DNA of 64,000 nt, taken from contig VFZN01000003.1 in assembly GCA_016871195.1 (NCBI GenBank), forward strand, positions 1,902 to 65,901, written 5' to 3'. This DNA is from Acidobacteriota bacterium. GTDB taxonomy: Bacteria > Acidobacteriota > Vicinamibacteria > Vicinamibacterales > UBA2999. The notes below the pieces were generated by a model. It was not told the origin of the DNA and searched no databases. It saw only the letters and a list, made by a program, of their open reading frames with translations. Position 1 is the first letter of the stretch. Each line of letters opens with the position of its first letter. Made by a program: the position numbers and the translations under genes. Below, piece by piece: positions 52,541-61,849 of the stretch.

Positions 52541-54040
52541 TCAGCGCCCGAGCAGCTGTCCCGCCAGCGTGAGCGTGCGCCAGACGCCCCACAGCAGCGG
52601 CACCAGCACCAGCGTCCACGCCACCGCCACACGGCCCCACTGAGCACCGGCCACTGATGAGACTCGGGGGGCGCCAGCGACGACCGCGGTCGTCCCCGGA
52701 GCGGGTACAGCGTGTCCGGCCGTGGTGGCGGCGCCCTTCTCGGCTGTCACGCCCGGCACCCGTACGCGACTGTTCGCTAGCAGGCCCATCCCAAGCAGCC
52801 CCACGAGCACCCACATTGTCATCGCGTACGCATCGACGCCCGTGAGGCCCCGGGCCAGCTGATACTCGCGCAGGTAATTCACGAACACAGGTCCCAGGAT
52901 GCCTGCCGTCGACCACGCCGTCAGCAAGCGTCCATGGATGGCCCCGACGTAGCCGACCCCGAAGACGTCGGCGAGGTAGGCTGGAATCGCCGCAAAACCC
53001 CCGCCGTACATCGTCAGGATCACGGCAAAGAGCGAGACGAACACCAGCAGGTTGCCCGTGCGACTTGCCCACGGCACCGAGGCGTAGAGCACCATGCCCA
53101 GCGCAAAGAAGATGAAGTAGGTGCGCGGACGCCCCAGCCAGTCTGAGAGTGACGCCCAGAACAGGCGCCCGCCGATGTTGAACAGGCTGAGCAGCCCGGT
53201 GAAGCCCGCCGCCGCAGACGCGTCAACCCGGCCGGGAAACACTTCCTGAATCATCGGCGAGGCCACACCGAGCACACCGATCCCCGCACTGACGTTGAGA
53301 CACAGCACGAGCCACAGTTTCCAGAAGGGGCGTGTGCGGCACGCGACGTCCGGGGTCGTCGATGTGACCGAAGGTCCGACAGGGTGCGGTGACTGCAAGC
53401 CCGCACCGTCAGGACGCCACCCGTCCGGTGGAATGCGATAGGCCCACGCCCCCGCGAGCATGGCCACGAAATACAGCCCCCCTAGCACCACAAAGGTCTG
53501 CCACACCCCTACCGAGGTCGGCGTGGCGAAGGCGCGCATGAGCGCATCCGCCAACGGTGAGCCGATCATCGCCCCACCGCCAAATCCCATGATGGCCAGT
53601 CCCGTGGCCAAGCCGCGCCGATCGGGAAACCACTTCATCAGCGTCGAGACCGGCGAGATGTATCCGAGGCCGAGTCCACACCCGCCCACCACACCGGAGC
53701 CGAGCCACAGCCAGGCAATTTCGTGACGATAGACCCCGATGGCCGACAGGAAAAAGCCGCCGCCCCAACAGCACGCGGCAACCACGCCCGCCTTTCGCGG
53801 TCCCTCGCGCTCGAGCCACGGACCGAACAGCGCGGCAGAGGACCCCAGCATCACGAAGAACAGCGTGTACATCCAGCCCAGTGTGCTGATCGACCAGTCG
53901 TCTGGAGCCGGAGCGGTGATGCCCACCGCGCGGCTCAGCGGCAGCCAGAACACGCTGAAGCCATACGCCATGCCAATGGACAGATGGATCGCCAGCGCCG
54001 CCGGGGGAATCAGCCACCGGTTATAGCCAGGCGCGGCCAC
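52541..54040 (-). CDS. MFS transporter, oxalate/formate antiporter (OFA)-like family, with an extra C-terminal TM segment
   Basis: ..YNRWLIPPAALAIHLSIGMAYGFSVFWLPL.. is an OFA-type N-terminus. 12 TM helices, then an Ala/Thr/Pro linker and WGRVAVAWTLVLVPLLWGVWRTL. GTG start. Confidence 0.85.
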   Translation of the reverse strand: MAAPGYNRWLIPPAALAIHLSIGMAYGFSVFWLPLSRAVGITAPAPDDWSISTLGWMYTLFFVMLGSSAALFGPWLEREGPRKAGVVAACCWGGGFFLSAIGVYRHEIAWLWLGSGVVGGCGLGLGYISPVSTLMKWFPDRRGLATGLAIMGFGGGAMIGSPLADALMRAFATPTSVGVWQTFVVLGGLYFVAMLAGAWAYRIPPDGWRPDGAGLQSPHPVGPSVTSTTPDVACRTRPFWKLWLVLCLNVSAGIGVLGVASPMIQEVFPGRVDASAAAGFTGLLSLFNIGGRLFWASLSDWLGRPRTYFIFFALGMVLYASVPWASRTGNLLVFVSLFAVILTMYGGGFAAIPAYLADVFGVGYVGAIHGRLLTAWSTAGILGPVFVNYLREYQLARGLTGVDAYAMTMWVLVGLLGMGLLANSRVRVPGVTAEKGAATTAGHAVPAPGTTAVVAGAPRVSSVAGAQWGRVAVAWTLVLVPLLWGVWRTLTLAGQLLGR

Positions 54041-54110
54041 GATGTGCGACTTCGAGAGGCGGGTCAGCAGATGCGCATGATACTCCCGAAGAACCTGCTA
54101 TCGTGAAGGC

Positions 54111-54779
54111 GTGCGCACGCTGCTCACCGTCTTGGCGCTGGTGCTAGCCACCGCAAGCGACCATCTGGTCGCGCAGCCCCCCGATCCCTCGGCACTGGCG
54201 CAGCGCGTGCAGGCCCGCTATGCACGGCTCACCGACTTTAGTGGCGACTTCGTGCAGTCGTATGAGGGCAGCGTGCTTCGCACCCGCACCACCGAGCGCG
54301 GCACGTTTTCAATCAGACAGCCCAATCAGTTCCGCTTCGTATACGACGCGCCCGAACGCAAGGAATTTGTCGCGGACGGCGTCAGCATTTACTCGTACCT
54401 CATCGCCGATCGTCAGGTGATCGTCATGCCGATGCCGGCAGAAGGCCAGGTCACAACGCCCGTGCTGTTTCTCGCCGGACGCGCCGATCTCGCCCGCGAT
54501 TTCACGGCCACCTTCACGTCGCTGCCCGAAGCCGCTTCCAGTTTCACGTCACTGCGCCTCGTGCCGAAGCAGCACGACCCCGATTACGAGTGGTTTGCGC
54601 TCGCCATCGATCCGCCATCGCTGCAGATTCGCGTGCTGGTGGCCGCCGACCGTCAGGGGGGACGCTCGGTTTTTTCATTCACGAATGTGAAGGAAAACCG
54701 CCGATTGCCCGATAATACCTTCAGATTCCGCGTGCCGCGCGGCGTCGACGTCATTCATCATGCTGCCCCGCCGGCCTAG
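54111..54779 (+). CDS. lolA: LolA-like outer-membrane lipoprotein carrier protein
   Basis: Signal peptide plus ..RYARLTDFSGDFVQSYEG...RTTERGTFSIRQPNQFRFVYDAPERKEFVADGVSIYSY.. matches the LolA family pattern. GTG start. Confidence 0.75.
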   Translation: MRTLLTVLALVLATASDHLVAQPPDPSALAQRVQARYARLTDFSGDFVQSYEGSVLRTRTTERGTFSIRQPNQFRFVYDAPERKEFVADGVSIYSYLIADRQVIVMPMPAEGQVTTPVLFLAGRADLARDFTATFTSLPEAASSFTSLRLVPKQHDPDYEWFALAIDPPSLQIRVLVAADRQGGRSVFSFTNVKENRRLPDNTFRFRVPRGVDVIHHAAPPA

Positions 54780-56616
54780 CCTGCGTCTTGCTTCGGTTGC
54801 ACTCATCGCCGCCCTCGCTCTGGCGGGCGGGTGCGCTTCGTCGCGCAGCCTGGCCGGAGCCCGCAGTGCCGAAGCCCGGCAGGATTACGACGCGGCGGTG
54901 GCCGAGTACACCCGACTGCTCAAGCAGTCGCCCGGCAACACCGACGCCCGACTGGGCCTCGAACGTGCCCGGCTGCGGGCCTCGCAGGATCACCTCTCCC
55001 GTGCCCGCCGCCTCGTCGCGTCCGGCTCCCTCGACGAAGCCCTCATCGAGCTGCAGATTGCCAGCGAACTCAGCCCGGCCAACGGTGATATCCAGAACGA
55101 GCTGCGCATGGTGCGGCAGCAGGCGCGCACTCAGGTGGCAGTGCGTGAAGACGGCAAGACCCGGCTCGAGACCCTGATTGATCAAAGCCGCATCGCACCG
55201 TTGCCGGGCAGCGACCTGCCCGCCGACATCGCCCTGCCCGACACGATGGTCTTCCGCGATGCATCGACGCGTGACATCTTGGCGGCCATCGCGCAATTCG
55301 CCAGCGTGAGCATCGTATTCGATCCGTCGTTCCGTGACAGCGCCGTGTCGATCGATCTTCGGAAGGTATCGCTCGACCGCGCCCTCACCTCGCTCGGCAC
55401 AGCCACCAGGAACTTCTGGCGAGTCACGGCGCCGGGCACGGTCACGGTCATTCCAGACACCCAGGCCAAGCGCCGCGAATACGAAGACGAAGTGGTCCGC
55501 ACGTTCTACCTGAGCAATGCCGACCTCAAGGAAACCATCGACATCCTGCGCATCGTCGTCGATGCCCGGCGCATCGCAGCGCTGACGGCCACCAACGCCA
55601 TCACCATCAAAGACTCGCCGGAGCGCGTGACCGCCGCGGGGCGCATCATCACGGCCATCGACAAGGCCCGCCCCGAGGTCATCATCAATGTGGAATTGCT
55701 CGAGGTCGATCGGTCGCACCTCAATGCATTCGGCCTGCAGCTGGCCTCGCCTGGCGCCGTCCCCACCGGCATCGCGGGTCAGGCCGAGAACAATCGTCCC
55801 AGTCTCTCACTGCGCGATCTGTCGACGTTGACGTCCGCCGATGTGTTGCTGACCAATCTGCCCGCGCTCTACTACCGCTTGCTGAAGACCGACAGTGCCA
55901 CCCGCGTGCTCGCCAATCCCCAGTTGCGCACGACCGAAGGCGTCGCCGCGCAGGCGCGGTTCGGTGAGCGTGTGCCCGTGCCGGTGACCACCTTCGCCCC
56001 GATCGCCTCTGGCGGTGTGCAGACGCAGCCCATTACGTCGTTCAACTACGAAAACATCGGCGTCAACATCGACATCACCCCGCGCACCCATCACGACGAT
56101 GCCGTGTCGCTGGCCGTGAAAATCGAACTGAGCAGCATTTCCGGTACGGGGTTTGGCGGACTGCCGACGTTCGGCAATCGCTCGATCAACACGGTCATTC
56201 GCCTGCAGGACGGCGAGACCAACATGCTGGCTGGCCTCATCCGCGACGAAGAACGGCGCTCGCTCGCCGGCATTCCCGGGCTCAGCGACCTGCCCGTCGT
56301 GGGACGCCTGTTCGCCTACAACCGGAAGGAAGTGCAGGAGACCGACATCATCCTGACATTGACGCCGCGCATTGTGCGGGTGCTCGATCTCACCGCAGCC
56401 GATCTGGCGCCGTTCCGCATGAGCCGCGACGGCATCGGTGGAGGCAGCGATTTGCCTCCGGCCATACCGTCGCCGATGCCTCCGCGGGCCACGCCGCCGC
56501 CAGGTAACACGCCCCCGCCGTCGGCGCCCGGCACGCCTGGCGCATCTCCGGTGGCTCCCGTGCGTCCCCCTGGGCCTCCAGGCGTCCCCGGCGGTGCAGG
56601 CGGATCTGCGCCGTGA
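54760..56616 (+). CDS. secretin (GspD/PilQ superfamily) with lipoprotein signal, N-terminal TPR segment and Pro-rich C-terminal tail
   Basis: LIAALALAGGCASS lipobox, TPR-like helices, N0/N1-like domains, and a secretin core ..VLANPQLRTTEGVAAQ..GIPGLSDLPVVGRLF..DIILTLTPRIV. The last ~70 aa are P/G/A/S-rich. It overlaps lolA by 20 nt. Confidence 0.85.
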   Translation: MLPRRPSLRLASVALIAALALAGGCASSRSLAGARSAEARQDYDAAVAEYTRLLKQSPGNTDARLGLERARLRASQDHLSRARRLVASGSLDEALIELQIASELSPANGDIQNELRMVRQQARTQVAVREDGKTRLETLIDQSRIAPLPGSDLPADIALPDTMVFRDASTRDILAAIAQFASVSIVFDPSFRDSAVSIDLRKVSLDRALTSLGTATRNFWRVTAPGTVTVIPDTQAKRREYEDEVVRTFYLSNADLKETIDILRIVVDARRIAALTATNAITIKDSPERVTAAGRIITAIDKARPEVIINVELLEVDRSHLNAFGLQLASPGAVPTGIAGQAENNRPSLSLRDLSTLTSADVLLTNLPALYYRLLKTDSATRVLANPQLRTTEGVAAQARFGERVPVPVTTFAPIASGGVQTQPITSFNYENIGVNIDITPRTHHDDAVSLAVKIELSSISGTGFGGLPTFGNRSINTVIRLQDGETNMLAGLIRDEERRSLAGIPGLSDLPVVGRLFAYNRKEVQETDIILTLTPRIVRVLDLTAADLAPFRMSRDGIGGGSDLPPAIPSPMPPRATPPPGNTPPPSAPGTPGASPVAPVRPPGPPGVPGGAGGSAP

Positions 56617-56632
56617 GCAGAAACCGCGGGGA

Positions 56633-57910
56633 TTACACCCGACTGACGTCCGCCCCCAGGGACTCGAGACGTTCGACCAGCTGGCTGTAGCCGCGCTCGA
56701 CAGTTTCGAGTGGTTCCACACGACTCGGCCCGTCGGCGGCCAGTGCCGCGGCAATGAGCGCCATGCCTGATCGGATGTCCCGGCTGTCGAGCACCCTTCC
56801 CCGCAGGCGACGCGGCCCAGTCACGATGATGCGATGCGGGTCGCATAGAAATAGGTCGGCCCCCATGCCACTCATCTGTTCGAGCGCAAAGAGGCGCAAC
56901 TCATAGAGCCAGTCGTGCACGAGCGTCGCGCCTTCGGCCTGCGTTGCCAGCACGGTTACAAGACTCACCAAATCACTCGGAAATCCCGGCCACAGCCCCG
57001 TCGTGATGCGACCGGCACCGACCAGTCGGCGCGGCTCTACTCGGAACACATCGCCGTGCTGAGTGCAGGTGACGTTAAGCTTCCGCAGCGTCGCGGCCAC
57101 CACTTCCATGTCGACCGGACGCGTACCACCGATGTCGACGGCCCCGCCGGTAATGGCACCCACAACGGCCCAGCTGCCCGCCTCGATATAGTCTCCCTCG
57201 AGGCGTTTGTGTCCACCGCGGCGGCGTCCCACGCCTTCGATACGAATCGTGTGCGTGCCGGCCCCTGTGATGTCCACGCCCATCGTTTCCAGAAACGCGC
57301 AGAGCTCGACGACATGCGGTTCGCAGGCGGCGTGCCTGATCTCACTCAGGCCCGGTGCCGCAGCCGCCGCCAGCAACGCCGTTTCGGTGCCGGTGACCGA
57401 CGCCTCGTCGAGATATATCGAGGCCGGTGTGAGGCCGTTCGGCGCTTCCAGATGGTGACCGGCGCCTGAATCGATGACACGGGCCCCGAGAGCCATCAGC
57501 GCGGCGATGTGCGTGCGGATGGATCGCCTGGCGGGAAAATCGCCGCCCGGGGGGGCGACGTGCGCGGCCCCGCAGCGTGCCAGCAGCGGACCGAGCAGCA
57601 GCACCGATCCTCGAAGCCGTCCGACGAGGGCACGGTCGGGTTCGTGGCTCGTCACCGTCGCGCAGTGAATGCGCAGCGTCGTGGTGCCGATACCCTCGAC
57701 ATTGGCCCCAAGATTAAGCAGCAGGCGCGCCATCACCTCGACATCGGCGATGCGCGGTACGTTGGTCAGTGCACACGGCTCGTCGGTCAGCAGGCAGGCG
57801 GCCATCAGCGGCAGTGCCGCGTTCTTGTTGCCTTCGACGTCGACCCGGCCCTCGAGCCGGCGCCCTCCATGAATGAGCAGTGTGGACATGGGATGAGTGT
57901 AGCCCCGCAC
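56633..57910 (-). CDS. murA: UDP-N-acetylglucosamine 1-carboxyvinyltransferase
   Basis: ..LLIHGGRRLEGRVDVEGNKNAALPLMAACLL.. is a typical MurA N-terminus. Length is about 420 aa. Confidence 0.95.
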   Translation of the reverse strand: MRGYTHPMSTLLIHGGRRLEGRVDVEGNKNAALPLMAACLLTDEPCALTNVPRIADVEVMARLLLNLGANVEGIGTTTLRIHCATVTSHEPDRALVGRLRGSVLLLGPLLARCGAAHVAPPGGDFPARRSIRTHIAALMALGARVIDSGAGHHLEAPNGLTPASIYLDEASVTGTETALLAAAAAPGLSEIRHAACEPHVVELCAFLETMGVDITGAGTHTIRIEGVGRRRGGHKRLEGDYIEAGSWAVVGAITGGAVDIGGTRPVDMEVVAATLRKLNVTCTQHGDVFRVEPRRLVGAGRITTGLWPGFPSDLVSLVTVLATQAEGATLVHDWLYELRLFALEQMSGMGADLFLCDPHRIIVTGPRRLRGRVLDSRDIRSGMALIAAALAADGPSRVEPLETVERGYSQLVERLESLGADVSRV

Positions 57911-58855
57911 CTAGAAGCCGAGACGAACAATCTCCTCGTGCAGTTGCACACCGAACTGGTCTGCCACGGCCACGCGGCAGCGGTCGACGAGCGCCGCGAC
58001 ATCGGTTGCGGTGGCGTGCCCGGTGTTGACAATGAAGTTCGCATGCGTCGCCGACACCTGCGCCCCGCCGATGGCGGTGCCCTTGAGTCCTGCGCGGTCG
58101 ACCAGTGCGCCGGCCGAACACGGCATGCCGTCAGGCACTCGGTCGTGCACCGGATCCGGATTCATGAAGATACAGCCGGCACTCGGCGTGTCGAGCGGCT
58201 GCGTCCGCTTCCGGAAGGCCAGCGATGCGCGCGCAGTCGCGCGAAGGGCATCGGGACTGGCACCGGGCGTCACGCGAAAGGCCGCCCAGACCACAATCTC
58301 GCCCGTGCGCTTGAGACGACTGGTGTCGTACGCAAATTCCATGCGGTCTGCCGGAACCTGCAGCAGGGCACCGTCGCGGCTCACCAGGCGGACACTCTCG
58401 ACAAGGTCGCCGATGTTCTGTCGCTGCCAGTGCGCATTGCCGTAGACGGCCCCACCCACGGTGCCCGGGGTGCCCGCCCAGGCCTCGAGTCCGGCGAGGC
58501 CCCGGGCGATGGTGTGTCGCACGAGACCGTTGATGGTGACGGCCGCATCGACGCGCACCAGCGTGTCGCCGATGGGCGTGACGGTGCCTCCGCGCGGACG
58601 CACCACGAGTCCCCGCAGGCCCGTGTCGTGAATGAGCACATTCGAACCGCCCCCCAGCACGTGCAGCGGCACACCGTGCGCGCGGGCGATCTTCACCGAG
58701 TCCACGAGTTCCTGGCCCGTGGCAGGTTCGAAGAACAGGTCAGCCGGCCCACCCACCCTGAAAGTCGACAGGGATGCCAGCGGTACCTCACGCCGAGCGC
58801 GTCCCTGTCCGAATCGCGCGTCGAGCGCAGCCTGCAGGGTGTCTACATCGCCCAC
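57911..58855 (-). CDS. murB: UDP-N-acetylenolpyruvoylglucosamine reductase
   Basis: ..STFRVGGPADLFFEP....VLGGGSNVLI.. FAD-binding MurB pattern. It abuts murA. Confidence 0.9.
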   Translation of the reverse strand: MGDVDTLQAALDARFGQGRARREVPLASLSTFRVGGPADLFFEPATGQELVDSVKIARAHGVPLHVLGGGSNVLIHDTGLRGLVVRPRGGTVTPIGDTLVRVDAAVTINGLVRHTIARGLAGLEAWAGTPGTVGGAVYGNAHWQRQNIGDLVESVRLVSRDGALLQVPADRMEFAYDTSRLKRTGEIVVWAAFRVTPGASPDALRATARASLAFRKRTQPLDTPSAGCIFMNPDPVHDRVPDGMPCSAGALVDRAGLKGTAIGGAQVSATHANFIVNTGHATATDVAALVDRCRVAVADQFGVQLHEEIVRLGF

Positions 58856-59814
58856 ACGTCACCTCCCAAGAAATCGCCACCGGTCTGGACCGCCAGCGCG
58901 TGCTCGCGGGCCCTCAGGGCCTCAAGGGCGTCATCCGGTCCACAGGCCACCCACTCCACGAAGTCACCAGGAGCCAACTGTCCGGCCATGCAGGCATCAG
59001 CCGAGATCACATGGGCGATGCGCGGGTATCCCCCCGTCGTCTGATGGTCCGCCATCAGCAGGATGGGCTCACCCGACGGCGGCACCTGCACCGTGCCACG
59101 GGCCACAGCCTCGGACAGCAGCGCGTCGTGCCGCCGCAACGGCAGCGGCGGCCCTTCCATCCGATATCCCATCCTGTTCGAACGGGGCGAGACCTGAAAA
59201 CTCACATGCGTCAGGGTCTGCCACGCGGTCGTGGTAAACCAGGGCGCTTCCGCACCGGGCATGATCCGCAACCGCGCACGCCCGGAGGACGGCAGCACCA
59301 GGCCGCCTGCGCGGCGGCGGACCGCGTCTCCACCGGGGCTGACGGGCAACACATCCCCGGCGTGGAGGACACGCCCGTCAAGGCCCCCCATGGCGCTCGG
59401 CAGGTGGGTGGCCCTGCTGCCGTACACGAGGGGCGTGAGCACGCCCCCTCCACTGACCGCAATGTAGGCGCGCGCGCCTTGGTGCCTCCGCCCAAAGGCC
59501 AGCACCTGTCCGGCGCGCACCGGCCACGACGTGTGCATGGGCACGTGACTCCCGTCGAGGGTCAGGTCAAACTCGGCACCGGCCACGGCGAGTGTCAAAT
59601 CGCACAGCACTTCCAGGTGCGGGCCAATGAGGGTGCACTCGAGCGTGGCCGCGTATGGCCCATTACCCACCAGCCAGTTGGCGAGGTGGTGCGAGAACGG
59701 GTCCATCGGACCCGCCTCGGCGATGCCCATCCTCTGGTGGCCCCATCGGCCACGGTCCTGCACCGTCGTCAGCAGGCCCGGCCGCACGACACGCAGGGCT
59801 GAGGCCTCGCTCAT
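58843..59814 (-). CDS. pxpC: 5-oxoprolinase subunit C / KipA-type (allophanate hydrolase subunit 2 family)
   Basis: MSEASALRVVRPGLLTTVQDRGRWGHQRMGIAEAGPMD.. begins at ATG 59814 (ATGA with the pxpB stop). The 106-codon extension in the ORF track is Arg/Gly-rich shadow. Confidence 0.85.
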   Translation of the reverse strand: MSEASALRVVRPGLLTTVQDRGRWGHQRMGIAEAGPMDPFSHHLANWLVGNGPYAATLECTLIGPHLEVLCDLTLAVAGAEFDLTLDGSHVPMHTSWPVRAGQVLAFGRRHQGARAYIAVSGGGVLTPLVYGSRATHLPSAMGGLDGRVLHAGDVLPVSPGGDAVRRRAGGLVLPSSGRARLRIMPGAEAPWFTTTAWQTLTHVSFQVSPRSNRMGYRMEGPPLPLRRHDALLSEAVARGTVQVPPSGEPILLMADHQTTGGYPRIAHVISADACMAGQLAPGDFVEWVACGPDDALEALRAREHALAVQTGGDFLGGDVWAM

Positions 59815-60452
59815 ACAGGGATGAACCGCACGCGGTCGCCTGGTGCGAGCAGTGCCCCCGGCGGGCGACCACGGTCGAAGAGCACGGTCGAGGTCCGTCC
59901 GATCAGTTGCCAGCCCCCGGGCGTGCTTGAGGGATAGATGCCCGTCTGCGCACCTGCGATGCCCACCGAGCCTGCCGGCACATGGTCGCGCGGCACACGC
60001 CGTCGAGGAGCCGCAATGGTCGGGTCCACCGTGCCGAGATAGGCGAAGCCCGGGACAAATCCCAGGACATACACCCGGTACTCGACCTCGCTGTGTCGCG
60101 CGACAACGGCGTCCTCTGAACAGCCGGCCCATGCCGCGATGTCCGCCAGATCCGGTCCGTCATCACCGCCGTACTGAACTGGAATCTCGTGCAGAACACC
60201 ACCGGTGACAGGGACGTCGGGAAGACTTGCGTCAACCTGCTGGACGGTCGCCTGCAACCGCGCCAGATCGGTGACCAGCGGCTGGAAATGTATGCCGATG
60301 GTTCCGTACGAAGGTACGACATCCGTAACGCCCGGCAGCGAGGCCGCGGACACTGCGGCGGCCAACTGGACGACCCGCGCATGCTGGAGTGGATCGATCG
60401 TCGTACCGAGCTCGAGAATCACCAGCGAGTCGCCGGCCAGTCGGCACTTCAT
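59811..60452 (-). CDS. pxpB: 5-oxoprolinase subunit B / KipI-type (allophanate hydrolase subunit 1 family)
   Basis: ..GDSLVILELG..I......V..L......LPGVTDVVPSYGTIGIHF..YRVYVLGFVPGFAYLG.. matches the family pattern. It overlaps mpl by 4 nt. Confidence 0.85.
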   Translation of the reverse strand: MKCRLAGDSLVILELGTTIDPLQHARVVQLAAAVSAASLPGVTDVVPSYGTIGIHFQPLVTDLARLQATVQQVDASLPDVPVTGGVLHEIPVQYGGDDGPDLADIAAWAGCSEDAVVARHSEVEYRVYVLGFVPGFAYLGTVDPTIAAPRRRVPRDHVPAGSVGIAGAQTGIYPSSTPGGWQLIGRTSTVLFDRGRPPGALLAPGDRVRFIPV

Positions 60453-61849
60453 GTCAGGGCCTGCAGCAGGCGTCCATGAATGCCGTCGAACCCGCCGTTG
60501 GACATGACCACCACGAGGTCGCCTGGTCTCCCCTCTCGAGCCACGAGCTCAAGGATGCTCGGCACATCGGGCAGGTAGCGCGCGGACACACCGGCCTGCT
60601 GCAAATCGCGGACGAGTTCGGCCTCCGACAGCCGCTCCCCCTCCGGCAGCGACGAGCGGAACACCGACGCGATGACCACCTCATCGGCTCCGACGAAGGC
60701 ACGGGCAAACTCGGCCTGGAAGACCCGCCGGCAGGACGAGGCCGAGCGTGGCTCGAAAATGGCCCAGATGCGACGTGACGGCCACGCCGCACGAACGGCC
60801 CTGAGGGTCTCGTCGACAGCCGTCGGATGGTGCGCGAAGTCATCAAATACCGTGATGCCCCGCCGCTGCCCCACTTCCTCGAGCCGTCGCCTGACCCCGA
60901 GAAAGCCCGGCAGGCTTCGTTGCAGCTGTTCAGCGCTGACACCGACAAACGCTGCCGCCGCCATGGCCGCCAGCGCATTCCTCACGTTGTGCAGGCCGAC
61001 CATGGGCAGCAGGAACCGCCCCAGCTCGCGCCCCTGCTGCACCACGGTGAACGTGGTCGCGCCCGCCGCCGGCTCCACATCGGTCGCCCGCCAGTCGGCC
61101 TCGGGTGACAGGCCGAATGTCTCGACACGGCTCAGCGCCCGTGTCCGAAGTGCGATGGCATCGGGGCTGTCGGCACCGAGCAGTGTCAGGCCCGACCGTG
61201 GCACGAGTGCTACCAACCGGCGGAAGGCCAGGCGCACCTCCTCAAGATCCGCGTAGATGTCTGCGTGGTCGAACTCGATGTTGCCCACCACGGCCACGTG
61301 CGGCAGGTATTTGAGAAACTTGGCGGTCTTGTCAAAGTAGGCGCTGTCGTACTCGTCGCCTTCGATAACAAACAGGTCACTGCGCCCCACGCGGTAACTG
61401 GCTCCCTCGGGTGCGAGATTCCGGGCGATGCCGCCCACCAGCACGGTCGGATCAGCCCCGGCGTCGGTCAGTAGCCACGCCGTCAGGGAGGTCGTCGTCG
61501 TCTTACCGTGCGTACCGGCGACCACGAGGGGACGTCGGTTCCAGAGAAAGCAGTCGCGTACGGCTTCGGGCAGTGAGCAGTATCGCAGGCGCCTGTCGAG
61601 CACTGCCTCGAGTTCGGCATTGCCGCGGCTGATGGCATTGCCGACCACGACAAGATCGAGGGCTCCGGCCACATGCCCGGCACGATACCCCTCCTGCAGT
61701 GCAATGCCTTCCCGTAACAGGAAGTCGCTCATCGGCGGATACACGTGCTGGTCAGACCCGCTGACCTCGTGCCCCTGCTGCTTCAAGAGTGCCGCCAGCG
61801 TGGCCATCGCCGTGCCACACACCCCGATCAGATGAATCCGCATGCTCAA
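60449..61849 (-). CDS. mpl: UDP-N-acetylmuramate:L-alanyl-gamma-D-glutamyl-meso-diaminopimelate ligase
   Basis: MRIHLIGVCGTAMATLAALLKQQGHEVSGSDQHVYPPMSDFL is the Mpl-specific N-terminus (compare IHILGICGTFMGG..GSD.NVYPPMS). Confidence 0.9.
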   Translation of the reverse strand: MSMRIHLIGVCGTAMATLAALLKQQGHEVSGSDQHVYPPMSDFLLREGIALQEGYRAGHVAGALDLVVVGNAISRGNAELEAVLDRRLRYCSLPEAVRDCFLWNRRPLVVAGTHGKTTTTSLTAWLLTDAGADPTVLVGGIARNLAPEGASYRVGRSDLFVIEGDEYDSAYFDKTAKFLKYLPHVAVVGNIEFDHADIYADLEEVRLAFRRLVALVPRSGLTLLGADSPDAIALRTRALSRVETFGLSPEADWRATDVEPAAGATTFTVVQQGRELGRFLLPMVGLHNVRNALAAMAAAAFVGVSAEQLQRSLPGFLGVRRRLEEVGQRRGITVFDDFAHHPTAVDETLRAVRAAWPSRRIWAIFEPRSASSCRRVFQAEFARAFVGADEVVIASVFRSSLPEGERLSEAELVRDLQQAGVSARYLPDVPSILELVAREGRPGDLVVVMSNGGFDGIHGRLLQALT

